DNA of 52,311 nucleotides, from the NCBI GenBank assembly GCA_964355295.1, contig CAYHCZ010000002.1, positions 1 through 52,311 of the forward strand, written 5' to 3'. This document shows, piece by piece, positions 18,564 to 27,699 of this stretch. The translations under genes and the position numbers were made by a program. Source of the stretch: an uncultured Methanomicrobia archaeon (GTDB lineage Archaea > Halobacteriota > Bog-38 > Methanoflorentales > Methanoflorentaceae). Every line of letters begins with the position of its first letter. Positions within the stretch are counted from its first letter, which is position 1. Below the pieces are notes generated by a model, which was not told where the DNA came from, made no database searches, and saw only the letters and a program-made list of their open reading frames with translations.

Positions 18564-19346
18564 TTACCAGACTTTCCACGGAGGGGTAGACGTTCTCCAG
18601 ATATTATTGACGTACTCCAGTTCTCTAGGGGTGTCTATACACTGCCAGAAGCCGTCGTGCTTGTAAACCATGAGCTGGCCGTCATTAGCTAAGTTCATGA
18701 GGGGCTCCTTTTCCAAAATACAGTCGTCTTCTTCATTCAAATATGAAAAAAAGGCCCAATCAAACACGAAGAAGCCGCCGTTAATCAGTCCTTCAGTCAC
18801 TTGCGGTTTTTCGTTAAATTCCACTACCTTGTGCTTGTCTGTAATGAGTTCTCCAAATCGAGACGACGGTCGCACTCCCGTTACTGTGCCTATCTTTTTG
18901 TGTGACTTGTGAAACTCTACAAGCTTGGCTATGTTGACGTTCGATATCCCATCTCCATAAGTAACCATGAACCACTCTTCTGTTATGTGCTTCTTTATTC
19001 TTCTAATTCGTGCTCCGGTCTGCGTATGTTCTCCCGTGTCTGCCAAAGTAACCGTCCATTCTTTTTCGTCGTGATCGCTGTGAACACAAGTATTCGCGTT
19101 ACCTAGCTGGACTGTAAAATCGCTGTTCATCATCGCATAGTTTAAGAAATACTCTTTGATCATGTGTCCCTTGTAACCAAGACAAATGACAAAGTCACTA
19201 TACCCGTAGTGCGCATAAGTTTTCATTATGTGCCATAAGAGTGGTTTATCTCCGACATTAACCATTGGTTTCGGCCTGAATTCAGTTTCTTCACGCAAAC
19301 GAGTACCAAGCCCTCCACTCAAGATTACCACTTTTGCTTGAGCCAT
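18564..19346 (-). CDS. rfbF: glucose-1-phosphate cytidylyltransferase
   Basis: KVVILSGGLGTRLREETEFRPKPMVNVGDKPLLWHIMKTYAHYGYSDFVICLGYKG. The ATG at 19346 matches homologue length; alternative upstream starts lie at 19397 (ATG) and 19427 (TTG). Confidence 0.85.
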   Translation of the reverse strand: MAQAKVVILSGGLGTRLREETEFRPKPMVNVGDKPLLWHIMKTYAHYGYSDFVICLGYKGHMIKEYFLNYAMMNSDFTVQLGNANTCVHSDHDEKEWTVTLADTGEHTQTGARIRRIKKHITEEWFMVTYGDGISNVNIAKLVEFHKSHKKIGTVTGVRPSSRFGELITDKHKVVEFNEKPQVTEGLINGGFFVFDWAFFSYLNEEDDCILEKEPLMNLANDGQLMVYKHDGFWQCIDTPRELEYVNNIWRTSTPPWKVW

Positions 19347-19777
19347 GTCTGTCGGAGTGCCATCAGAATATGTTGTCGGTTTTTTCTTCTCAGCCATCTG
19401 TTTATGCGACCAGTTACTTGATTTCAACCTTAATAAGCCTTAATGTGTACTAGAAATCATCTGATGAGCATAAATACTGTTTTAAACTCCTAAGACCTAA
19501 TTGAAAATTAAGCTCAAATAGATTTTAAATCGCGCCTACTCACTCTTCTTTATAACTTACCCCTGCAAAGCGTATCATACCGGTCCAAATGTTGTCACCC
19601 ACAACTGGTTCCCACTACAGAGGCTGAATACGTGGAATGATATTAACCGTTCAAACGCCTGCAAGGTTCATTGAACGTTAGCCTCTTTCCCAGCGAATAG
19701 CTAATGAGGAAGGCGAACAACAAATACTCCCTTGTGCGTGCGAGATCGCCTCGCAATTAGTTGAAGTTCCGAGCTGC

Positions 19778-21325
19778 TCACGCACGCTTCTGATATAAGT
19801 ATACTTTGTATCCATAGTAATTCTTGACACCTCTCTGCGCGTAGGACGTGTTTAGAAGGTCCAGTATATAGTTCGCCTGAGCTGTTTCAGAGGTAGGAAA
19901 CGCGAAAAACCAAACCCTGTCGTGGCCCTTCACATCAGAATAAATTGTTTGGTTTATTACATTCGTATTGTCCAATTGTGCCTGGGCCGACCCCCAGCTA
20001 CGAATTTGTTTGACGGCAATGTCGGTCCTATTATTATAGTAGTCAAAAATAAGCTCCTTATCCGGAAAAACCAAAACAACATCTCCGCTTTTAGCATAAG
20101 CATCTATAAATCCGACTGCCTCTCGTGCTTCCCCAGTTCTGTTTAATGCATAATAGGGTGGCAAGCTTGCCGTGGATAGCAAGACAATGACCGCAATAAC
20201 TGCCAATCTCGTGTACTTCCGGTTGATGTTTTGTATCCCGGCAGCGACGAGCATGTAAAAAGCGACGCTGGCCGGGATGGTGTACTTGTAGTAGTAAACT
20301 GGCTGCGTAAAGCGCGAAATCGTAAACGGTATCACTATAAGAGCGAATAGCCAGACAACGAGAAACAGAACACTTGTTACGTTGACGACACGTACGTTCC
20401 AGGAATAGCTCGTTACAGCTTTTAAGGGGGTTCTCCAATCGAATAGACCGGTTTGTTTCATGTACCTGAACAAAGATAGAATAGACAGTAAAATGAAAAT
20501 TATCGAAAGCAACACGGTGCTTGCGCTTAACTCAAAAATGGGACTTCCGCTAGCGTATTTGACAAATGTCACCATCAAATCGAACGTCGTGGGACTCAAC
20601 AACCAATACCCCCCACCCTGCAAAGACGATGCTCGATGAATAAGGACAGGAATCCATGGAGCAAAAAGGGCGACGACGATCGCCTGCAGCATTACCCACC
20701 GCTTCAGCTGAAACGTATGCCTCGCCAACAAGAGGACTAGTACCATCACATAGATGTTCTGAGCAAGAACGACAAACAACCCATAAAAGTGCGTGTACAC
20801 GACCAGTGTGGTAGAGAGTACGTATCCTGCTGACGAAGCAAGCGTATTCCGCTGCTGCCAGCGTAAGAAGAAGTACATGGAAAGAAGAGTGAGGAAGACC
20901 ATTAAGCTGTACCCGCGTGCTTCTTGCGACCACCAAATATTGAACTGTGAGAGCGCGAGAATGAGCGCAGCTATTAGCCCTACCTCCTTGCCAAAGAGTT
21001 GACGGCCTACAACGAAAATTAGCGGTATCGCGAGAACCCCGAATAGGGCCGATAAAAATCTTGCGGCCAACTCTGAAGTGCCGAATAGGATTACCCAATA
21101 GTGAAGAATAAAAAAGTAGAGCGGAGGATGTATATCTAATGCTGCTGTGGATCGCAGCATTTCAGGCACGCTCATTTGAGACATCCAAACAGACCAGGCT
21201 TCGTCATACCAGATGCTTTGTGCGCCTAACCGATAAACTCTGAAGAAGAAACCAACGAGGACAATAACCAACAATAAAAAGCCATAACTAGTTATCCTCT
21301 TGCCAGAAACGTGCAGCACGCACAT
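19778..21325 (-). CDS. GT-C glycosyltransferase, family 39/83 type (PMT_2 / ArnT-like)
   Basis: YDEAWSVWMSQ..DIHPPLYFFILHYW..GTSELAARFLSALFG. About 12 TM segments plus a C-terminal soluble domain. Confidence 0.8.
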   Translation of the reverse strand: MCVLHVSGKRITSYGFLLLVIVLVGFFFRVYRLGAQSIWYDEAWSVWMSQMSVPEMLRSTAALDIHPPLYFFILHYWVILFGTSELAARFLSALFGVLAIPLIFVVGRQLFGKEVGLIAALILALSQFNIWWSQEARGYSLMVFLTLLSMYFFLRWQQRNTLASSAGYVLSTTLVVYTHFYGLFVVLAQNIYVMVLVLLLARHTFQLKRWVMLQAIVVALFAPWIPVLIHRASSLQGGGYWLLSPTTFDLMVTFVKYASGSPIFELSASTVLLSIIFILLSILSLFRYMKQTGLFDWRTPLKAVTSYSWNVRVVNVTSVLFLVVWLFALIVIPFTISRFTQPVYYYKYTIPASVAFYMLVAAGIQNINRKYTRLAVIAVIVLLSTASLPPYYALNRTGEAREAVGFIDAYAKSGDVVLVFPDKELIFDYYNNRTDIAVKQIRSWGSAQAQLDNTNVINQTIYSDVKGHDRVWFFAFPTSETAQANYILDLLNTSYAQRGVKNYYGYKVYLYQKRA

Positions 21326-21607
21326 GAGTTGTCGCTTCTACTCAAGAGTTATTATAGATGTACGTTGTTATTCATAAGCCAAAACAACTAGCTTCTATAT
21401 GGGCTTCTCTTTTCAAACGAAGCCAATCTTCATCAACCTTGCATGAAATATGTGATCCAATATAAAGACCGAAATGCGCGATTATCGCTCTTAATAGAAC
21501 GCATTATTTGGTTTACTCGCTTGTTCACGGCGCTTGAGGAGATATGCGATTAGGTCTCCGCTTTGCTACCGCTCGCCTTTGATCTTCTCAATATCGGCAG
21601 TCGGGTC

Positions 21608-22545
21608 TCAACGCCAAGTGCGTTCAACTCTTCGTGCACCTTTCTTTACCCAAATTAACCCTATCTTTTTTTGCCACCCATCCGGGCCTTTGTCATTTAA
21701 CTCGAGTCTAAGTTGACAAGCAAAGTCAACTGTTTTTTTGGCTAAGTTCTGCTCCAAAGCTAGTGGAGTCAAAAGTTCTCTCCCAGTCTCGCGAGAGATT
21801 TGCCGCTCTTCGCTCATTTGGTTCGTTCCAATTGGCTGGGAGCGGAAAAAAGATAAGTGCGGCCCCAACGTCTTTGATATTTTTCAGTAGCGCAAGTAAG
21901 ACCGAAGAGTCCACACCCCCACTGAAGAAAACGATATCGTCTAGAGCCGGATCACACCTGATACAATAATCTAAAGACCGATAAATTGCGTTTTTAAAGA
22001 CGTTAAACGTTACCGATGCGCCTATTTAGTTGGCAGTGAAAACTGAAGCACACGCGTCTATTTGCAGCGCTTCTCGCGGTGACAATCGATAAATGTTTTT
22101 GAATGTGGTTTGTCCTTTGTGGTAAAAAAACCACCAGTAATAAAATGCGAAACTTCAGCCACGTCGTAATCTAACTGTTCAAGCACTTTTACGGGCTTAA
22201 AAAAATTAGTCGACATGATAAGCTCTTTCTCGGTTGTCGTATAGCAAAGCTCCTCCACTGCGCTAATGTCCCTCGCGGCAAACTCGAGCCTCCTACCTCA
22301 AATAGAGAGGCCTGCATACCATCCGAAGATCGCAGGCAAGCAACTGCCTAGGTCGCTTAATAGCTCGAGGACCGTTATGTTCCGTTCAACGGTGTACTCG
22401 CTCTGTATAAGCCCATCGATAGTCCCCGCAAAAATGGAATGTTCTGCTGTCAGTGCTTACCTTGTGATCAAAACCGTTGGCGCCACGCGTCTCGTCATCT
22501 TTGTGAAAGACAGCGTGCATATAGCCTGGCACAGTGTTACCCTAT
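21608..22545 (-). pseudogene. decayed asparagine-synthase-like (PP-loop amidotransferase) paralogue
   Basis: Hand translation gives ...IFGWYAGLSI*GRRLEFAARDISAVEELCYTTTEKELIMSTNFFKPV, with an in-frame TGA at 22298-22300. Further on is ...YRSLDYCIRCDPALDDIVFFSGGVDSSVLLALL (PP-loop), then frameshifts. There is no MCG N-terminus and the C-terminal half is missing. Confidence 0.55.
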
Positions 22546-22556
22546 ACAACCGAACT

Positions 22557-22602
22557 GCTTTCTTGTAATTTCGGATAACCCTTTTCAATAGTCTATCATT
22601 TT
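22557..22602. repeat. short third copy of the left end of the dispersed repeat
   Basis: gctttcttgtaatttcggataacccttttcaatagtctatcatttt aligns with 24885-24930, gctttcttgtgattaagatcgtccttttcaatagtttgtcatttc. Confidence 0.5.
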
Positions 22603-22667
22603 AGAAAATGGCTAAAGGAATTGTGATTACTGTTTTTGGGGTTGTGGTGTTTAATCTTTACTGAGCG

Positions 22668-24455
22668 TTACCTTACTGGCGTCATTATATCGAAGAATTC
22701 ATTGTTCCATGCCAGCGTATAGTTATGTGCTGCAATAAACCGCTCCATTACATCCTGGCTTTCAATGGGTTTTGTCTTATCAGGCCAATCAAAGGCACGA
22801 GTGTCAATTTTTGCTCGTACTATCACCGGCAACACACCTTTTTCTTTCAGGGACTGGTTCAAAATATTACTAAATTGATCCGAAGTATACAAGTCCGGCC
22901 AAGAATTATCAAGATAGGGTCTGCTTCCGGTTAAATAATATACCATTGGTATACTTCCAGACGCTAAGACATAATCGTCTTTTTCTACGTAAAGAGGCAG
23001 CTCGTCAACCAAGCCTTGAACAACATGTGCACGTTCTTCAGTCGTAAAAACATACTTCAAATATGGATGTTTCACACTATATCTCATTTCAAACCGGTCT
23101 GAACTATCGCGATAGGTATACTGATACGCACTGATTAATGACAAACTCAAGAAAAAGATGAGAATTAAACACACAACTTTTTTCGTCGGGATTTTTGATA
23201 AGTCTACACTATGTTGTGGCACAATTTTGTTTCCAGTATTTGGACCAAGTCTTAAGTTAAGCCCATTGAATTCCAATAAACATACACCGATAGGTATCGC
23301 AAGCCACATACCATAAATTGCATTTAATACTCCATTACCCGATCCTAATGGTGAGATTACCAACAATAGCAATGCGGTTAATGACAGTAGTGGTAATTGT
23401 TTTTTGTCAGGACTACGCCAAATAATATTTTTCACTAATAAGAGGCACAAAAATCCATACACTACCATAATGACATAACTTCCGACAGGAACTGCAATGA
23501 AGATTGTAATTCCTGTCAGATATATCACGAGTAAAAAGCCAATTGATCCAAATGAAGAACGCGAAGTTAACCAAGAATCTATTTTCGAAATCAGAATAAT
23601 TCCGATTATTGAAATTAATATTAACGAAAACACTAGGAGATGATCCTTGATAAAAAGGGAGAGTAACCCTGTCCCACTATATCTGGATGTTGGGTTCAGC
23701 CCACCATTAACAAATAAATCCAGTATTGAATTGACATATAATCCAAACTGTCCAAGAAAAACAAGTGCTCCACTAATAATGAGTATCGTAATAACAAACC
23801 CTGAAATGAAAAAAAGGGCACTTTTTATCGATTCTTTTACGTTAATCGTATTCCAGTAACCCTGCGCAAAAATACAAAGAACAAGGAGAATTCCGAGAAT
23901 ATTTGAAATCCTGTTGAAGAGATTTAATCCTAAAAAAACACCGGATAGGAGAACAAACTTGTTCTTGTATTCCAACAACCCTCTAATGAGGAAATATGCT
24001 GCGATAACATAGAAGAGCGCAGTTAAGTTGTTATAATTTATCCAAGAGAGACGGATAATAAATAATTCTGCCAAAAAAAGACCGAATAACACATATTCTT
24101 TTTTAAAATACGGTTTAAGAATAAAAAATACAAAAAAAATGGTTGCATACACAATGAATACTGAAGCAAATCTGAACCCGATCAGCCCAAACTCACCAAA
24201 AAAATGTAACCACACACCCCCTAAAAAATTGGTTAACCACTCCGAAAAACCGAATTGGACGGTGGTTGGATTATTAAAAATTTGCTGGGCATTAGTCAAT
24301 GCATACCCCGTATCGGTAAAATCCAGTCCTTGCCAAATCAAAAAAAAAGGAAATAAAATTAACAAAATAAACAAAAAAATTGATAAATTCGAACTTAGTT
24401 TAATCTCATCACGGAGTGCTTTTTTAATATTTAAAAACCAGGCTGTTCTGTCCAT
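22668..24455 (-). CDS. large polytopic membrane protein, candidate GT-C-fold glycosyltransferase or polymerase (family unassigned)
   Basis: 595 aa, at least 12 hydrophobic segments, an acidic first loop (WQGLDFTDTGYALT), and a ~150-aa C-terminal soluble domain. Strongly AT-rich compared with its neighbours. Confidence 0.6.
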   Translation of the reverse strand: MDRTAWFLNIKKALRDEIKLSSNLSIFLFILLILFPFFLIWQGLDFTDTGYALTNAQQIFNNPTTVQFGFSEWLTNFLGGVWLHFFGEFGLIGFRFASVFIVYATIFFVFFILKPYFKKEYVLFGLFLAELFIIRLSWINYNNLTALFYVIAAYFLIRGLLEYKNKFVLLSGVFLGLNLFNRISNILGILLVLCIFAQGYWNTINVKESIKSALFFISGFVITILIISGALVFLGQFGLYVNSILDLFVNGGLNPTSRYSGTGLLSLFIKDHLLVFSLILISIIGIILISKIDSWLTSRSSFGSIGFLLVIYLTGITIFIAVPVGSYVIMVVYGFLCLLLVKNIIWRSPDKKQLPLLSLTALLLLVISPLGSGNGVLNAIYGMWLAIPIGVCLLEFNGLNLRLGPNTGNKIVPQHSVDLSKIPTKKVVCLILIFFLSLSLISAYQYTYRDSSDRFEMRYSVKHPYLKYVFTTEERAHVVQGLVDELPLYVEKDDYVLASGSIPMVYYLTGSRPYLDNSWPDLYTSDQFSNILNQSLKEKGVLPVIVRAKIDTRAFDWPDKTKPIESQDVMERFIAAHNYTLAWNNEFFDIMTPVR

Positions 24456-24634
24456 TGAATATTCGCCGTATATAAATTGTAATATTATGCGTTATTGTCC
24501 AAACTAAAAACAGATCTTTTCCCGTTTTAGAGTTTGTAACAATTGAGCCGACATTCCTTAGTGAGCATATTTTCGTTCAGAAATTAACTGAATGTTTTGA
24601 AATAGTGATTACTCGGTTATTGCCACCTGGGGGT

Positions 24635-24877
24635 ATGCACCAAGCGTTCAAATCATTTATCAAAGAGATCGGCGTCCCAGTTATTATATCTACTCTAGAA
24701 AGAGGCTACAACCCCCAGCTTACCTTTATCCGTCGTTCGATCGATCTTCTGGCTGAGCACGTTCGGGAATTTCTTCCTAACTAGGAGTATGCGGCCCTCA
24801 CTGCCCGGGGTGACCCTCTCAACGAGATCGCGGGCCTGTTCGACTGGGAGCTGTTTCGTCCCAACGTCTCCCTATAA
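24635..24877 (+). mobile_element. remnant of an IS5/IS1182-type transposase N-terminus (InsH/DUF772-like)
   Basis: Reads ...LAEHVREFLPN*EYAALTARGDPLNEIAGLFDWELFRPNVSL*. The EY...DPL.EI..L.DWE.FRP pattern is typical of IS5-family N-termini. There is an in-frame TAG at 24782 and no DDE domain follows. Confidence 0.35.
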
Positions 24878-24884
24878 CTTATGT

Positions 24885-25285
24885 GCTTTCTTGTGATTAA
24901 GATCGTCCTTTTCAATAGTTTGTCATTTCAATAGTTACATCGGCGACAAGTCTACCTATTTGGGTCTTTTCAGGGAGAAAAGCTTCGCGGAAATCAGAAA
25001 TCCCACACAATCTTGTCAAACACTGACGTTTGCAGGTATCATGCACCTTCAGCGTGCGAATTTACTTCGCGGCACCGTTTTAAGTCGTCTCGGATCGTGA
25101 TTATCGGTCTCTGAAGAGGCATTAGCAACATCACGTTTTTAAACGTGATATAAATGTTTGCCCGAACGTCGTTAAACGTGGTTATGTAGTAGATCAGCCT
25201 TTGAACGCGCAGTATTAGTTTATCGCTAACGTGTGACGCTAACCCAGAGATGATTCTCCCTGTACGGAATGCTGCGATTGTCTAC
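24885..25285. repeat. copy 2 of the dispersed repeat; overlaps the 3' end of the DUF1616 gene
   Basis: See 4933-5296. It contains the 20-bp palindrome ATCACGTTTTTAAACGTGAT (25130-25149), next to TTTATATC on the minus strand. Confidence 0.75.
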
Positions 25286-26152
25286 ATAAAGGAGAAATTC
25301 CAGTTTCTGGTTGTTGCCTACTAGATTTGGTTTTATATTGATTGGCGTTTCGAGCGTCTGGTTATGGGCGAGAACTACCTGGTCTGTGTAAAGGGTCGTT
25401 GAGAGCGTACCGTTAGTGAGATTTACCACTCGATTATAAGTTTGGGTGCGATACTCATGATTTACAACCCCAAGAGTGATTGTTTTTTGCTCTCCTAACC
25501 TATATTCAGTCGGGTAATATCCTGCCTGGCCAGTTGACCCTAAAAGATAGAAATCTGTGAATCGCTCGCCCTGTTTAGGTGAGACGGCAGCAAACGTCAA
25601 CACGGAAACCGCTACAATGATCGATACTATAAGGGCAATAGAGAGTGTTTTATCCACGCGCCCCTCGGACGTGGGGAGCACAGCTCTTTTCAAACGAAAA
25701 AGCGCTCCAAATGCAATAGAAAAGCGCTTTTCAGCAGGAGCAAAACTTCGACGGATTCCGGCTACTATTGCACAAAGGACGGTGAATCCAGCTGTGCTAG
25801 CGACAACAGTGTCCAACTGGACTCCCAATTGGGAAAAATCGAGTCCGAAACAAAATAGTGAAATCATCGGAAAGCTCAGTCCAAGCACCAACATCGCTCT
25901 CTCGAAGCCGCTGATGTTGTGTTGTGGGAATAATACGGCGACGAAGGCGTAACTTGGCACGAGAAAGACGAACACAAGCCCCGCGACCGCGCGTGCGATA
26001 AAAAAAATTGAAGCAGGTGTCAGCACGAATAGCACCGTAGCAAACGTCCATAAGAACACAAAAACGAGGTCGAAATTAGCGCTTAAGATGCTACCACCGT
26101 TGACCGTGCGCTGGTGGTTTTTGCCTCCTGTCGCTCTGCTATCTAGGTCCAC
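25226..26152 (-). CDS. DUF1616-family archaeal membrane protein
   Basis: N-terminal TM bundle (FVFLWTFATVLFVLTP..VFVFLVPSYAFVAVLFP), then FTDFYLLGSTGQAGYYPTEY..ITLGVVNHEY..Y. This resembles the family pattern as recalled from memory. Confidence 0.65.
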   Translation of the reverse strand: MDLDSRATGGKNHQRTVNGGSILSANFDLVFVFLWTFATVLFVLTPASIFFIARAVAGLVFVFLVPSYAFVAVLFPQHNISGFERAMLVLGLSFPMISLFCFGLDFSQLGVQLDTVVASTAGFTVLCAIVAGIRRSFAPAEKRFSIAFGALFRLKRAVLPTSEGRVDKTLSIALIVSIIVAVSVLTFAAVSPKQGERFTDFYLLGSTGQAGYYPTEYRLGEQKTITLGVVNHEYRTQTYNRVVNLTNGTLSTTLYTDQVVLAHNQTLETPINIKPNLVGNNQKLEFLLYVDNRSIPYRENHLWVSVTR

Positions 26153-26271
26153 ATGGTCTCCTTTTTGCGCATGGAAGAGTCAAGCGCTGCAAAAATGCAG
26201 CTGTGTAGTCGCTTGTAACTCTGTCTTGATGCTCAACCGCGAGGCAAAGCATTTGTGAGCTCCAAACAGGC

Positions 26272-27699
26272 CTAGCGCAGCTCATGTTCGTTTTTATCTC
26301 CTCTGCCGATACCTTTGTATATGAACCCGTTCGCGATAAAGTCATTGGCAGACACAATGTTGCGCCCGTCTACAATGACCGGATGATTGCGACCAGTAAG
26401 CACTTTTAGCTCCTGAGGATCGAGTTGCGAGTATTGGCTGTGGCCAGTCATTATGACAATAACGTCTGCGTCCTGAACAACTTCCTTCAAACTGCTCGAA
26501 ATTGGGAAGTCACTATGTGTAGTAACGTAAGGGTCGTGGATTGAGACGTGAGCCCCTACCTGCGACAGAAGGGTCCAGCACGTCTGCGACGGTGTATCCC
26601 TCACATCGCCTGAATTTTTGGTAAATGCCCACCCCAGCAGGGCTATTTTAGCATCGTTCAGGCCTTTGCCTATTTTCTTGAGCGCCTCCTCAATAAGCTT
26701 GACTACGTGTTTTGGCATAAAGTCATTCACTTCTCTGGCGACTATAAAGAGCGATCTTTCTGATTGGGGATAATCGAGCGGTATTTGAGACTCCTTCACC
26801 CCGAGCTCGAGTAGGTACGTGTCTTTGCTCAGACAGTGACCACCAACTCCGGCACCAGGAGATAGAACGGCGCGCGAGACCCCTTCACCTTTCAGGCTGT
26901 TTATGCCGGTCCGCACATCGTATACGTTGACGCCCATAGCTTCGCAGTAAAGGGCAAGCTCATTTACAGCTGCAATCTGCAAGTCGCGGAATGCATTTTC
27001 GGCAGTTTTCGTAACTTCAGCAGCTTTTGCTGACATAGGAATGACTCTGCCTGTCGTCAGCACACATCTGTACAGTTGGACAGCTCTGTCCGTGCTAGCC
27101 TTGTTGATGCCTCCTACGATTCGATCAAGCTCTTGGATATTACGGAGCAATCGGCCTGCTGCAACGCGTTCTGGCGCGTGTGCGAGGGCGAAATCTTCAC
27201 CTGCGACCATGTTTGACTCCTTCTCAAGCAGGTTTCGGGCAAGTCCTTCCGTGGTACCAGGGGCGACCGTCGATTCAAGCACTACGAGCGTTCCCTGAGT
27301 AATGTGTTTTCCCGCCTCTTGCAGTCCTGCACGCAGTGCGCGGAAATCGTGTTGCAGACTGCGTTTGTCAATGAATGGGGTCTGTATTGTGAACGTTAAC
27401 GCGTCGACTTCAGCTATCTTCGAAAAATCAGATGTGCAGCGGAACTTCTTGCCTTGAACGACTTTTTGGATGAGTTCCTGCAAGCCAGGCTCGTCACCTA
27501 CCAAAGGGTTTTCACCACGGTTGAGCATGTCGATCTTATACCCTGATGAGGGTGAATCTCTTTGAAAGCCCCATACCCATTCAAACGCGCGATCTGCGAA
27601 AAGCATCGCAGAAGGGATACCCACGTAACCCATACCTACGATACCTATCCGCCGTATTGGGCCTTTTGCGTCGAGTATCTGTGCTAATCGTCCCTTCAT
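26272..27699 (-). CDS. wbpA: UDP-N-acetyl-hexosamine 6-dehydrogenase (WbpA/WecC family nucleotide-sugar dehydrogenase)
   Basis: IGIVGMGYVGIPSA (Rossmann), catalytic-Cys region GVGGHCLSKD, C-terminal UDP-binding domain. The ATG at 27699 is preferred over the TTG at 27708. GlcNAc versus ManNAc specificity cannot be decided by eye. Confidence 0.8.
   Translation of the reverse strand: MKGRLAQILDAKGPIRRIGIVGMGYVGIPSAMLFADRAFEWVWGFQRDSPSSGYKIDMLNRGENPLVGDEPGLQELIQKVVQGKKFRCTSDFSKIAEVDALTFTIQTPFIDKRSLQHDFRALRAGLQEAGKHITQGTLVVLESTVAPGTTEGLARNLLEKESNMVAGEDFALAHAPERVAAGRLLRNIQELDRIVGGINKASTDRAVQLYRCVLTTGRVIPMSAKAAEVTKTAENAFRDLQIAAVNELALYCEAMGVNVYDVRTGINSLKGEGVSRAVLSPGAGVGGHCLSKDTYLLELGVKESQIPLDYPQSERSLFIVAREVNDFMPKHVVKLIEEALKKIGKGLNDAKIALLGWAFTKNSGDVRDTPSQTCWTLLSQVGAHVSIHDPYVTTHSDFPISSSLKEVVQDADVIVIMTGHSQYSQLDPQELKVLTGRNHPVIVDGRNIVSANDFIANGFIYKGIGRGDKNEHELR

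Noticed and set aside
20550-21098. Long alternate-frame and antisense ORFs nested in big genes, for example 20550..21098, 20091..20438, 25557..25952, 29841..30353, 38840..39340, 17460..17807 and 5712..6065.
   Set aside because: Each lies wholly inside a gene with clear family motifs, either in another frame or on the other strand. Their translations are low-complexity or Arg/Ser/Cys-rich, as expected for off-frame reading.
22298-22300. The in-frame TGA in the AsnB-like region and the in-frame TAG at 24782-24784, considered as selenocysteine or pyrrolysine recoding.
   Set aside because: Both sit in regions that also carry frameshifts and truncations. TAG is used as an ordinary stop by several intact genes here (ykgJ-type, GT4 3662..4843, asnB). 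I saw no SECIS-like or PYLIS-like context.
24340-24348. An A9 (coding-strand T9) homopolymer near the 5' end of the 595-aa membrane protein gene, considered as a phase-variation switch.
   Set aside because: It simply encodes FPFFL in a very AT-rich, Phe-rich TM segment. The gene is in frame. Without population data there is no evidence of length variation.
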